Assembly: GCF_009914755.1 (NCBI RefSeq)
Contig: NC_060937.1
DNA length: 64,000 nucleotides
From: the human T2T-CHM13v2.0 reference genome, Homo sapiens
Strand: one strand, 5' to 3'
Below the pieces are notes generated by a model. It saw only the letters and a list, made by a program, of their open reading frames with translations. It did not search any database and was not told the DNA's origin. Shown here in pieces: positions 39,620-57,770 of this stretch (position 1 is the stretch's first letter; every line of letters starts with the position of its first letter). A program made the position numbers and the translations under genes.

Positions 39620-41059
39620 GTTTATTTTTTAATAAAGTTAACACAAGATTAAATAAACTATTACTATTTTAAAATATAAATAGCATATTGAAGTAAACCC
39701 TTCATGTATTAAAATAAACATTTTTCAGTATTTTATATATACTGAAAAAATAAATATGAATTATTTTTAAGATAAAAGAGGAATAGAATTTGACTTTCCG
39801 TATTATAAATAACATCAATAAAAAAGGGCACAATGAATGAGTCAAAGTATTCCTGTAGATTATAAAAATCGTGAAATTCCGAAAAGATGAAAAGAAGTAT
39901 ATTTTAAAACAAACTGAACTCCCAGTCAGAATAATGATGGCGGCTGAAACTCTTTATGCTAGCCGCCACTTAAAAAGGATGGTTTCCACGTCCAGGAGAA
40001 ATTGGTTTCATACATGCAAGGACTCCTTCCAGTCTGTGCTAAACAAAATAATAAACCAAATAAGAATTGACTTCTAGTGAGCTGGGAATAAACACGTACT
40101 TTAAGGTAAAAAATGGTTCTCTCCCCCATCAGTTTAAGTCAGTTCCTCTGGGAGGAGTGCAGCTAGAGTTAACTGAAAGATATGGAGAGACACAGAAAGA
40201 TAGTTGAGTTACGAGTACGAATAGGAAGTTGGTTGTCTGTTACAAGCTTTGGGAAGTACTTTGACAACTGGAGAATGAGTGTTGTCAGTGATAAATCATC
40301 CCTGATGGAAAGCTGTCACGAGCTATGGAGAGAGTGTGTGGTTTATGCAGTGACTGGAGTAGAGGAGAATGAGCCTGAAGCCTACCTTTGTGTTGTTCAT
40401 CTCAGAAAAAATGTTTTTGGCCGTTGGGCAAATGAGTTAAGTCTCCTGTGCTTTGGTTTTCCAAGCCAAAGCATGTCAGGCCATGCCCAAGTGGCATCCT
40501 GATGTTTTTGGCACCGGCAGGTGCCTATCACTCATAGTTTAACAATCTCAGCAAAATGGACTTGCATGCCACAATAGAGGTGTTCTCTATGCATGGGTAC
40601 GCCAGTGCATCTATCCTGTGCTAACCATATTTAGTGGCGCTCTTGGGAGACAATCATCTGTTTACTAGGCAGGTGGGTGTAGTTTGCTGGCCTTTCCTGC
40701 TAATGAATGTTTCAGTAGATGCCTGGTCATCTGCAAAGCTGAGAGGTGAAGCATTTCTTGACATTAAACAACATTTAAATGTTCCTCAGTGTAGACATAT
40801 TGTCTTTGTTTATTCATCAATCCCGTATCAGAATGTGGCTGTGCCAACCCAATCACTATTTTGGCCACTGTTATAATCAATACCAATTACTCTGGCCGAC
40901 TTGATTGTATAAAGATTGTCTTTGAGCTAGAAGGTATTCTAATTTACTGGAATGATTGTGCTAAACTGAGCTGGTTGCTCTTTTTAGTGGACTAGACTCA
41001 TCTAAACTAGTAGTTAGTTGTTTAGCATTGAGTACTGTCTTACCGAGCTATGGTGGAAA

Positions 41060-41175
41060 AGGCACAAATTTAGCAATCTGGAGACCCACATTTGAGTTGA
41101 GTCACATACCTTCTGGTCATGTGATCTTAAAATATCTCTTAATCATCCTGTGTCTCAGTTCTCTGTCTGGAAATC
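41060..41175 (+). mobile_element. MIR SINE fragment
   Basis: CATGTGATCTT...CTCTTAATCATCCTGTGTCTCAGTTCTC. Confidence 0.5.
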
Positions 41176-43830
41176 AAAACCAATTATTTCCTATGATTTC
41201 CTTTCATTAGGCACTGAGAATTTTAAAACCTTAGAATACTTGGCAATTAAATTTTGTACTCAGTCCTTTTCACATCCCCAGTCCTGTTTATCTGATACAA
41301 ATTTTCCTCTTCCTTTCATTCCGTCTTATTATTTTCAGACTTACTGCAAAGTATTTTATGCTGTGTAACATGCTCGTGTGTTTTTTGCTCTTATTAGCAG
41401 GCAAATTATAAATAGCAAATAAACTAGGATCTGAATTATTTTCCCAATCAAGTATCTGCAGAAATATAGTTTTTAAGCATGTGAAAATATTTTGTAACTG
41501 AAAAGCCCAGGTATACAATATTTATATATAGTATAGATACTACATTACTATAAATCTGTGTGCATACCTATATACATACATACACACATATGCATGTGTG
41601 TGCATGTTTACCTATTGAGAGGTGGGGGAGAGAGAGATAAGCTACCAATGAAAGTATAGAAGAGACAACATAAGAAACACTACTATCTTTTACTTTTGTT
41701 CTGGCCTTGCATACACATCCTCCCTGTCTAACTTATTCAGCCCAGCAAGCAGACGTGGCTGTGGGAAATCAGGCTGCTTGGACCATGTGGGAGGGAGCTG
41801 GACTTCATGCCCAAGAGCACATGGGAAGGTCTCCTTGCTTGGCTGACCACCAGGGCTTCCATCACCTCTGTGTTCCATAGTTCTTCACTTTCATTTGATA
41901 ACTTGATTAAATAAAGCAGCCACGCACCTCTGAATGGCAGCACCATACCTACTTTAATTTTTCAAGAATTTTGACCTATTATATGTTAAATTCTTAAATG
42001 TAATTAGAATTTGGGTTCATTTGTGAGATCCATGCTAATTGATCTTTTTTGACCTTTTATTATTGTTATTATTATTATTACTATTTTACTTTTTGACAAT
42101 AGTGGCTTGCCTGTTGGATAACTTTCATTTTTCTGCTGTTTGGTATTTTGTACTCTGGTGATTTTGAAAGATGTGCCCCTTCATTTCTTCACAGAAGAAT
42201 GCTTTAAAAAATGATCATATGAAAGAGTCCTTCCTCTGGTTTCGTAACTGTGGGGAAGATCCCTCCACACCACAGCACTCTCATAGACTCACACACACAG
42301 TTCAGCTCTTCTTCCACTCAGTTTATCCAAGGGAAACTAAGCTACGCAGAGGTGCCTGGAGATAAAGACTTGACCTATCCTAGCTCTCATGCCATGAGAA
42401 TTGGTACTGCACGTGTGACTTCTAACCTGTGTTTGAACACATAACTTAATGAAAAAGTAAAGTAAATGTTCTAACATCTGTTTCTCCTTCGTACAATGCA
42501 TCTATTGCATCTCTTCTCCTTTCTACGTTGAATATGGATTACTGTGGGGGATTTTATCTTCTAAAACACTATAAACCTTTAGCCAGGGACTGGGAAAAAC
42601 ACACCCTCTGTCTAAGGAGTGTTCTCAGAGAAACAGCCTTTGGAAAAGCTGTTAAGCAGGAAAGGTTTACAAGAGAAAACTATTCAGTCACAGATAAGGT
42701 AATTAGGTCCCAATTGTATCATTAACAATACACTTCATGCTAGAAAGTTTATATAATAGTTCATTTTTAAGTAAAATATAATAACCATTCCTATTCTTCC
42801 TTCATTGTATTTATTTTTTAAAGCTGATTTCTATACACAGTTCTTTCACTAGCCAGTCTGATCCCACAACTTAATAAAAACTTCTCACTACAAAAATATT
42901 CAGAAACACATCCATATAATCCATTAATTTATGATCATTTTTGATTATTTAAAAGACATGTCATTAAAAGTCAAACTACTAGTGTTAACATAAAATAAAA
43001 ATGATACAATTTTCAATATGATTAAAGAAATACAAGGGAATAAAGAAGCAGAAACCAATAGCAGCCCAGGTGTTGTTATAACTTTTTAGTGCTTTATGAG
43101 ACACCACAGATTAGTTGTATCTTTATTTTCCCTTACAGTTATCCTAGAGTTCATTGATCATTTGTCAATTTACACACTCCTTTAGACTGAAGTTTGATTT
43201 TCCTTTAGAACTGCCTTTATTCTTTTCCGTTCATACACTAGGAAATTGTTGAGACTATAATTGTTTTATTTCTAAAGACCAATACTTGGCTTTGGTACAT
43301 TTATTAATTCAGTAACTTCTTAGTGAGCATGTTCTAATCATGAGATTCAGACAAATCCTCCTAGACTCTACATCCTTTTGAGATATTCTCCTTTTGACCA
43401 ACGCTGGCAGAGTCCTGAAAACACTGTTGGATTTATTACTGGATCAAGGAGCTGACAGAGCTGCCATTGTTTCCCCTCAGCATAATCCTCCTCTGAAATG
43501 CTACTATTTGGCTGAAGCCCTCAGGTGGAGTGCTGCCTGCAAGAGTCAGGCACAAGTGATGTCCATCCTGGAATGGGAGTTTGCCCCTAACAAATATGAA
43601 GACTCCTTGAGCTAAGAGAGAGAAAATAGAGACCAACATTCAGTACCAGATGCCATAAAATGATGACTGCACAGTCAAGTGAAGGGTTAAGTAGAAGCAT
43701 AATCAATAGAATGAAGTGCAAGACTGAAGAAATTGAGAAGAACAGTGTGTCCACACTTAGTGAAGCAGGTGCTCAGTGCTTATGTCCAAAAATTCTGAGA
43801 ATCTGGGCATCCATCAGGGTTGTCCAGAAC

Positions 43831-44610
43831 TGTGAGGGCTCTAAGATCCTACCCTACATCCAAGCTGACAAGTTAAACTGTCACAGTTGCATGGATGGTA
43901 GCAGAAGACACAAGATTCCTGGGACAGAAACCAAAGACTTTATTAGCTAGATGCAGAGGCTCACACCTGTAATCCCAGCATTTTGGGAGGCCGAGGCCTG
44001 TGGATCACTTGAGAGCCCAGGAGTTCAAGACCAGACTGGACACCATGGCGAAACCCCGCCTCTGCACAAAAATACAAAAATTAGCTGGGTGTGATGGCAC
44101 ATGTCTGTGATTTCAGCTACTTGGGAGGTTGGGGTGGGAGGGTCACTTGAGCCCAGGAGGCGGAGGTTGCATCGAGTCCAGATTACATGAGTGCACCCCA
44201 GCCTGGATGACAGCGACAGACCCTGTCTCAAAAAAACAAAAACAAGACTTTATTATTCATAGCGCAGCAAGCAGCTAAGCATTCGCCTATTTGCATCAAT
44301 GTCCTTGGCCATCAAGTCCCACAGGGCAACACAGATGGGCACATGCAGCAGGTTGCCTTACAGGAGAAAAATCCACATCTATTTTATGGACATTAAGCCA
44401 CTCTGCACTCTGCTCCAAAGAGACATTCTCACTGTTTTGCAAGGCTGTTAGCAAACCTCCTCTTTTCTCTGCAAGGAAATAACATCTCTCTCTTCGAAGG
44501 CTTTTTGCTATGGAAACATCCGTGAAGAGAGTTCAGAACAGAGCTACGAGTGGCTCTGTCATACAATGCACAGAAGAATGAGAGGCTCACAAAGAACAGT
44601 CTGTCATAGG
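43831..44610 (-). mobile_element. ERVL LTR of the MER54/LTR53/MER74 group, interrupted by an Alu
   Basis: TGTGAGGGCTCTAAGAT...CAAGCTGACAAGTTA...CATGGATG...GCAGAAGACA...GACTTTATT. Confidence 0.65.
43945..44243 (+). mobile_element. Alu SINE (AluJ-like)
   Basis: Dimeric Alu; TSD AAGACTTTATT at 43934-43944 and 44244-44254. Confidence 0.94.
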
Positions 44611-45020
44611 GGCATTCTTCATTCCCTTCTAATCTTTTGTATAACAGGCATCACATTTTCAAAATATTTAGTGAATAATCATTCTTTCTAAATCACTTTT
44701 TTCCTGACGGTATTTCCACTGGGGACCAGGGAAAGGCCACTGGGCAGAGGCATGGGACAGCATCAGAGGAAGGAGAAGGTGGCTAATGTCGCTTCAGAAA
44801 GAGGGAAGATATGGCCCAGAGGATGTATCAGAGGCACAGGCAGAGCGAGGGGAACTGATCTCTGAAAGATTCCCAGGGGATGAAGGAAGAAAGGAGTCAA
44901 CAGATAAGGAAAGTAGGTGACAAGACGCTGGTGTCCCAACCTCTCTGGAGCCTCAGGATAGAGGGGATGGGGCAAAGGAAGTTGGAAGCAGATGCCATTT
45001 TCCTTACTTCCTGACTGAGG

Positions 45021-45449
45021 TTTATAATTTGGGTTCTCTAGAAGCAGATGCTGAGATGGAATTTGGGATGCAAGATATTTATTAGAGATCAACAACTGTG
45101 GAAGAGTCAAGGAGAAGCAGAACTGGACAGAGAGATGTTGAACTTCAGAACAGGACCAGCAAGGCATCAGCCAACCTCACAGGGAACGGAGATGTAGATG
45201 GCATGTTGGCATCTTCCGGGATTGAGCCAAACTAGCCAGGCAGTTATTCCCCTGCTGCACTCAACCAATGGATGTCCATTGTCCTAAGAGAGGTGGGCTC
45301 TTAGGTGTGGCAGCTCTGGAGCTGAGGCACACTGGGCAGGGGCTGACAACTGGGAGCTAGGATTGTCTGCTGACCACATTCCCAGCTGCTGTGGCAACAA
45401 GTTCTTCCTTGAATGGGGAACTAGAAAGGTCCCTGCTGCATTCCCCACA
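45021..45449 (-). mobile_element. LTR16-family ERVL LTR (3' LTR of a relic provirus)
   Basis: GGGTTCTCTAGAAGCAGATGCTGAGATGG...TTTATTAG; minus strand starts TGTGGGG preceded by PPT-like CAGGGGTAGAC. Confidence 0.7.
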
Positions 45450-45533
45450 GTCTACCCCTGTGTCCCTTGGGTCCTCTTTTCCCTGTAAGTTTGTTAAGCA
45501 GTGACTCCAGGATCCTGGAGAGCCCTTTTCCTT

Positions 45534-49995
<4,462 letters not shown>

Positions 49996-50012
49996 GGAGA
50001 GCCCTTTTTCTT

Positions 50013-52130
50013 TAGGGAAATGTGCGGAAGAAGGTTGGAAGGAAAAACTACAGGCCTCATCCCCACAGCTGGCCTCAAGGCCACAGCTGGTATGAATCGT
50101 CCTCCTTTTCCATTGTCTGTTCTAGACTCCCCTTACCTCAGCCTCCACCCCTGCTGGGCATTGTGGTTTGCCCAGTGGCATGAGCTGCATCCTCATCCTT
50201 GAAGGCTCTGACCCCCTGGTCATGATTCCCTTCTCCAGAAAGTGTGCACTCTCCCACTGGCTGAAAACATTGTGTAGGAGCATGCCAGTGGGGGTCTGTG
50301 TTCCTCCCTGTCCATGCTGTCTAACACCAGCCCTACCCCTCCTAAGGAGCAGATGCAATTCCCTCTGCCAAGATGGGGAGTTGTCTTCTTACCTGTTTGT
50401 CTTTGAACACAAGGAGTCCAAAGTGTCCCAGCAGCAGCCAGAGCATGTAATGCGATAGAACCCTTGCTGGGTCCCCTGATTGAAGGGAGCCTCCTCTGGG
50501 GACTTGGGACTTTAACTTTGCTGAGCCCAGGATTAGGGTGACCAGCACCATAAATCCTCTCAGTTGTTTGTTCAGAAGCATGACAATTGAGATCACACAC
50601 AACCTTCCTTTCCCAGGCCCAGGTATTCTTCCTGTGTGAGATGCAGTACCCTCCAAAGGTGCTTGGTTGGATGTGCACAGTGCCTCGGACGATAGTGCTG
50701 CATTCTCGGATAGCATCTCCCCCAAGCCGGAGCTCTGACTGTACCTTACACAGGGTGTTCCAACCCTCCATTCAGCTGGTGAATTCCAGGTGGAGCCTTA
50801 CGTGGCACGACCAGTGAATCCCATGGTTGCCACAGTGGGCCTCTGTACAGTACCCCTCATCTGACAGATGTGGTGTGGAGGCTGTGTTAGTCTGTTCTCA
50901 CATTGTTATAAAGAACTACCTAAAACTGGGTAATTTATAAAGAAAAGAGGCTTAATTGACTCACAGGTCTGCAGGCTTTACAGGAAGCATGGCTGTGGAG
51001 GAATCAGGAAACTTACAATCATGACGTAAGGCAAATGGGAAGCAGGCATATCTTACATGGCAAGAGCAGGAGGAAAGACAGGGGAGGTGCTACACACTTT
51101 TAAACGGACAGATCTCAGGAGAACTCACTCACTCTAATGAGAACAGCAAAGGGGAAGTCCACCCCATGATGCACTCACCTCCCACCATGCCCCTCCTTCA
51201 ACATTGGGGATTATAATTCGACATGAGATTCGGGTAGGGACACAAATCCAAACCATATCAGGCTAAGCTGGTGATCATGCACTATGTGTGCTGCCTGACA
51301 CCCTGCAGGCCATGCACCTGAGGCCAGGCTACCTTGTCTGAAATAGCAGCTGCAGCTGTGGCTAAGACATGATTGAGTTCACTGACATCCTTCAGGATCC
51401 ATGTGGGATTTTTTTGGGGAGTCAGTCTGGCAAATTGAATGTGGATACAGTGGATCCTTATCCTTAAGTTCTCCCGTAGCCTGCCTGGTGGTGGTATCAC
51501 TGGCCAGGGAGACATTTTCAGAGGCTTGTACGGGATTGTCCCAACTGTGATAGTCCTCATCCTGCAGGACAAGGACCCAAGGTGGGATTCTGCAAACTAG
51601 TAAACACATCAATCCCAGTTATACATCTGGGGACTGGGGAAAGGCTACTGGGCAGAGGCATGGCACACAATGAGAAGATGAGGCTGCTGGGTACCCCTGT
51701 GCTAATGTGGTTGCCAGAGACTGAGATTGGACAAGCAATCCCAAGAAAGGAAGGGACCAGAACTCCCGAGTTACTCCCAGGCGATGTTGGAAATGATGGG
51801 CAGACTCAATGGCCTTCCCTGCTTCCCTGAAGGGAGATAAGCCTGAAGCCATAAGGTTTCCCAGCCTGCAACTCCACGCAGGACATTATAGGTCCTCAAG
51901 GAGGCTGAGGACCTAGCAAGGGTCACTATGGGATACATCATCATGCAAGGCCTGGCTCCAGCACTGCCAGAGGCTGAATCAGGAACTGCCAGTCACAGGT
52001 TTCAGTGGATGCCCATCACCCATGGGGACAAGGGACGCCACTGTAGACAGGAGATAGTGCCAAGACCTATGCCCCCCACCCACCACCAAACACTGCCAGC
52101 CTCATAGCCACCACCTCACTCACCACATCA
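50013..52130 (-). mobile_element. Decayed ERVL (ERV3-16A3-like) internal sequence with pol remnants
   Basis: SELNHVLATAAAAISDKV resembles ERVL RT (YRKLNQVVTPIAAAVPDVV); ALCTSNQAPLEGTASHTGRIPG...VPRGGSLQSGD resembles the ERVL integrase/dUTPase boundary; same strand as LTR16. Confidence 0.7.
50883..51260 (-). mobile_element. MST (MSTA-like) MaLR solo LTR
   Basis: TGTGTTAGTCTGTTCTCACATTG...ACAGGAAGCATGGC...CAAACCATATCA. Confidence 0.9.
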
Positions 52131-52480
52131 TCGTCTGGGAATTTAACAAGGGCAAGAGGAGGAAACCTCAAAGCAGATGAATTTCAGTTCTTCAACAAAC
52201 ATTCACTGAGTGTGTTAGGCACCATTTTAGGTGCCTACCCTGGGCAACCTAAAGACGCTGTTCAAATGGTAAGATCACACTGAGGATGACAAATCTGATT
52301 GCAATTATCTCTCCTTCTATCCAAAATTTTAAGAACGTATGAGAAAGACAGATTGTCTACAAATAAAATAATGAGGTTTTGCTTTTTTGTTGTTTTTTTT
52401 ACATATTTGAGTGTCAGTGTGGGTAACTGTGTGACCACCCACCCCTAACTCCACTTTAAAAAAAAGTTATGTATATATAT

Positions 52481-52592
52481 TAGAGATGGGATCTCTCTAT
52501 GTTGCCCAGGCTGGTCTCAAACTTCTGGGCTCAAGTGATCCTCCTGTCTCAGCCTCCCAAATTGCTGGGATTACAGAAATGAGCCAACACAG
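52481..52592 (-). mobile_element. Alu monomer (FLAM or left arm)
   Basis: TAGAGATGGGATCTCTCTATGTTGCCCAGGCTGGTCTCAAAC...GAGCCA. Confidence 0.85.
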
Positions 52593-53390
52593 CTTTTTGT
52601 ATCTTCATTCACCGTGGACAAGTACATGCTGTATTTTAATTACGTGTCCACTTGGATATACGAGTGGTGATCAAAATAGACACCATCACTACTGTCAGTC
52701 TACAGAGAGTGTGGAGGAAATATAACATTAAATCACCAATTGCAGAATTAGAAATGGAGAGAAGTAGTGTGCGTAAAAGTCACAGTGCTGAGACTGAGGA
52801 TAATGTTGGGGACAGTGCAGGGTGGGACCATTCCAGAAAAGATCTGGCTGCGGAGGAAGGAGGCTGCGACTTGGAGAATGCAGAGGAGCCCGTTCTGGGA
52901 AGAGTGATAAACATACAGCTCTCCAAGGAGAACACACTAAGGCAGACACGAGGGAGGCTTTTTGGAAAATTCTTACATTTTCTTACAGAAGATGAAAACG
53001 TAGACATTATTAGCATTTCATGATATAATCTTCCAGGCCCCCTCCCTCGCTCCACACGCACACATTTTGTTTAAAATTATTCGGTGGATACTGTTTTGTG
53101 TTGTTACATTTTCTTCTACATTATGTTAATGGCTGTGGCAATACTTGTATGAATATGCTATGATTGATACAAACTCCTATTTTTGGATATTTAAATCACC
53201 TCTACTCTTTTGCTATTATAAATAGCTCCCTACAGAACATTCTCATTTCCTTCAAATAAATTTCTAAACGTGAATTGGCTGATGCAAGGAGAATCCAACA
53301 TTGGCTTTGAAACCTAGTATTTAATATAAAATTGTAAAATTCCTCCTACTTGAACGCTGGCATGTTTCATCATATTGTGATATTGTGGGA

Positions 53391-54145
53391 TATATATAAA
53401 TATATATTTGTATATATATTTATACATTTATATATTATATATGTATATATATTTATATATATAATATATATATTATATATTTATATATAGTGTATATATT
53501 ATATATAATATATAGTGTATATATTATATATAATAGTGTATATATTACATATAATAGTGTGTATATTATATATAATATATAGTGTATATATAATATATAT
53601 TTATATAATATATATTTATGTATTTATATATATATTTATATATTTATATATAAATATATTTTATATATTTATATATAATATATATTTATATATTTATATA
53701 TAATATATATTTATATATTTATATATAATATATTTATATATTTATATATTTATATATAATATATATTTATATATTTATATATATTTATATATATTTATAT
53801 TTATATATTTATATATATTTATATATTTATATTTATATATTTATATATATTTATATGTATTATATATATTTATATGTATTATATATATTATATATTTATA
53901 TGTATTATATATATTATATATTTTTATATATTTATATATATTATATATATTTTTATATATTTATATATGTATATATATCATATGTATTTATATATATTTA
54001 TATATGTATATATATTATATATATTTATATATATATTTTTATATATTTATATATTATATATATTTATATATATTTATATATTATATATATTTATATATAT
54101 ATTTGAGACAGAAATATATATATATATAAAAATATGTATATATAT
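53391..54145. repeat. ~750-bp TA-rich array next to an Alu tail
   Basis: Almost all A/T; sub-blocks TATATAATAGTG and TATATTTA. Confidence 0.97.
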
Positions 54146-54443
<298 letters not shown>

Positions 54444-54829
54444 TGAATAATTTCAAATTAAGTATGTGCATGTAGTAAATAATTCTAATAGCTCAAAAAA
54501 GGTAAGTTTCCTTCTTGCCTTCTGCCCCCAGCACTCCCAGGCTCAGTGTCTCCCTCCTGGAGGCAATTTCTGGTATGTTTCTCCATAAATGTTTTATGTG
54601 TACACAAACATGTGCATGTGTGTGCATATTTTTACATAAATCAGATATTTTAGAAATCAATATATATCTTCATATTTTTACCTAATGACCTTTTTATATC
54701 AGCCCATACGGATTTATCAATTTGTTTTTAATGGGGACAGAGTATTCCATTTCCATAGCTGTACCATCATTCATTTAGCCCATCTCTTATTATTGAATAT
54801 TTAAGGTGTTCCTGTTTTGCCTTTTAAAT

Positions 54830-55555
54830 ATTTTTATTTAGATATATTTTACATACAATGAAATACTCAGATCTGAGGGTTCCTGTTCATGGAGTTTTAC
54901 AAATTTCACACACATGGAACCCACACTCTTGTCAAGACACAGACCATTTTCATCATCCCAGAAAGTTCCTACTCATTTCCCAAAAATTGTCACTATTCTG
55001 ATTTCTTTCACCACAGATTAGTTTTACCTGTTCTAGCATGTCAAATATACGGAAACACAGAGAATGTAATTTTTTTTTGGTCCGGCTTTATTCAGTACAA
55101 TGTTGGGTTTTCCTGTGGGATTCATCTGTGTCATCTAATTAACATACTTTTATTTAATGATAAGCGATGTCTTATTATTTGAGTATACAGCCATTTGTTA
55201 TCCATTCTCTTATCATTGGATATTTGCATTGTTTCTACGTTTGTGCTACTGAGTCAAGCTTCTACAAACATCTTTTCATATATCTCGTTGTGACCATGTA
55301 TTTCATTGCTTTTGGGAGTGCAATGGTTGGATCACAGAGTAGGTGTGTGTTCGACCTGTTAAGCAGCTACCAAACCACTTTCCACAGTGGCTATACCCTT
55401 TGATGCTCTTGCCAGGCGTGCATGAGCATTTGGGGGAATCAACAGTCTCACAGTCATTCACTGTTAATGGTCTTTTCAACTTTAGCTACTTTAGTGGTTG
55501 TGGAGTTGTATCTCATTATGGTTTGAATGTGCATTTGCTAATAACTAATGAGGAC
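54830..55555 (-). mobile_element. Old L1M 3' fragment
   Basis: CATCATCCCAGAAAGTTCC...TTAGTTTTACCTGTTCT...TTTCCACAGTGGCTATACC...TCTCATTATGGTTT. Confidence 0.7.
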
Positions 55556-55789
55556 ACAACATTCCAAGAAGAAATAATAACATTTTTGAAGACCCTAAAG
55601 CAAAAAAGGAGTGTTTTTTGAAATTTCTTATATGTGATTGTATAGAAAATATGTATATAAATATTATTAGCATTTCAGATTATATCTTTCTAGATCTTTC
55701 TCTCTCCACACACACACACATTTATTTAGTATAATTTTTTAATGTTTTTCTAGTAATATGTTATATGAATAACCATAACTGGTGCAGCC

Positions 55790-56420
55790 AAATCCCTAAT
55801 TTTTGATATTTCCTAGTGCCTTTGTCCTTTTACTCTTTGCTCTGAAATTTGTTTGGGTAGAACTAGAGTAGCCCATCTCCTAAAATGTGGTCTCTCTTGG
55901 GTTGTGATTAAATGCCCTGGATATTCTGGGAGGTATCTTCTCTCTGGCTGGCTGGAATTTCCGTCTTCCAGCACCCTGTGGCGCCAGCATCCCCTGCAGC
56001 TTACAACTTCCCAGAGCTGTGCTTTTCCAGGCCCCAGGGATTCCACCCTACCTACACATGCACAGCTTAGCACTTGGCTAAAGACTTGAGAAAACCCTGC
56101 ACATTTTTTTTTTTTTGTCTCTTCACTGCACAGCTTTCTCCTCTCCAGCGTGCTGCACTAGAATTCCAGCCACTCCAGAAGCCTCCAATCCTGCCTCACT
56201 TGGGCTCCACATTCCTGCCTCTTGGTCCACAAAGGGCCTATAGCAGAACACCGGGAGGATTATGGGGCAAACTGTGTGCATTTCTCTTCTCTCCAGGAAC
56301 ACAATCCTCTGCTTCTTGTCTGACACCTGAAAATAGTTGCTTCCTATATTTTGTGTAGTTTTGTAGTTACTTACACCAAGGGGGCTAGTCTGGTACCAGT
56401 TACTTTATCACATTCAAAAG
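55790..56420 (-). mobile_element. Probable old L1M 5'-end fragment
   Basis: Ends GGGGCTAGTCTGGTACCAGTTACT, similar to recalled L1ME/L1MC 5' termini. Confidence 0.45.
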
Positions 56421-57023
56421 TTATCTTCTTGTTTTTTTGTAAAATGAATTTGTCATAAAAAGTAAATCTTCAGTGGACATACATATAGCTCTATAGCTGT
56501 ATCTCTACAGACACCTCAAATAATTTTCTTTATCTATTGAAAGTAATAATGCTGAGTCAAGATGTACAGTTTTTGAAATTTGTCTCCTATTTGTGCTAGT
56601 CTTTCAGTTATACCCTGGCTTGCTTCAACAGTAAATAGGCAATTTTTAATAAATACTTTCTAATTATAATGAAAATAAATACATGTAAACTGTACATTTT
56701 TTCCCAAGGAGTAAAGCAGAACTATAATGAAACAGAAATTTTTCTTCTGGATCAATACTCATCATCTTTAGAAAGAAAAAAAATTAATAGTTTTCTTCCG
56801 TATGTTTCAAAATTTTCTAGTTCTAAACATTCAAATGTGCAGTTTTTCTGCTTTTTTTTCATACAAATGGAAATATATTTTTGCATTCTTGTGCAATTTT
56901 TAAAAAGTAACAAAATATACTGAATAAATTTTTATATTAGCACAAATGTAGCTATCACATTTTAAAAAAACCTATAAATTATTCTTTCTACATGCACCAT
57001 AATTTAATTAATAAGTTTCCTAT

Positions 57024-57360
57024 TGATATGGTTTGGTTGTGTCCCCACTGAAATCTCATATTGAATTCCCATTTGTTGTGGGAGGGACCCAGCATGAGGT
57101 AATTGAATCATGGGGTCAGGTCTTTCCCAACTGTTCTCATGATAGTGAATAAGTCTCACAAGATCTGATGGTTTTAAAAACGGGAGTTTCCCTGCACAAG
57201 CTCTCATTCTTTCTTGCCGCCACCATGTAAGAAGTGCATTTTACCTTCTGCCATGATTGTGAGACCTCCCCAGCCACGTGGAACTGTAAGTCCATTACAC
57301 CTATTGTTCTTCCCACTCTTGGGCATGTCTTTGTCAGCAGCATGAAAACAGATTAGTACA
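57024..57360 (+). mobile_element. THE1B-like solo LTR
   Basis: TGATATGGTTTGG...GATTAGTACA; perfect TSD CCTAT at 57019-57023 and 57361-57365. Confidence 0.94.
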
Positions 57361-57365
57361 CCTAT

Positions 57366-57770
57366 TGATGGACATTTATGCTGTTTTCAGTTTCTTTCAG
57401 TATTTTAAATAATGCTACAAGGAAAATTCGGTGCAGGCCTTCATGTAGACATAGTAATATACCTGTAAGGTAAATTTCCCAAAGTAAAATTGGAAGACCA
57501 AAGTAAATATGCATTGCATTTTGACAGACATTGGAAAAATGCTCTCCAAAGAGATTCCACCAACTTACACTCACACCAACAGCAAATGAGACCATCTGTT
57601 GGCCCACATCCTGTGCACAGTGTGAAAGATCAACTTTCCAATCTTTGCCAATCTGATAGGTTTTAAAAAATAGCATCTCATTTCGATTTGTGATTTAATT
57701 ATGCATGAGATTATGCTTCTTTCTTTTTCTTCATATTGGTGTATGTTTGAACTGCTTATTCGTATCCTTT
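57366..57770 (-). mobile_element. Old L1ME-type fragment (host of the THE1B LTR)
   Basis: TTGATGGACATTT...CTTACACTCACACCAACAGCA...TTTGCCAATCTGATAGG. Confidence 0.65.
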
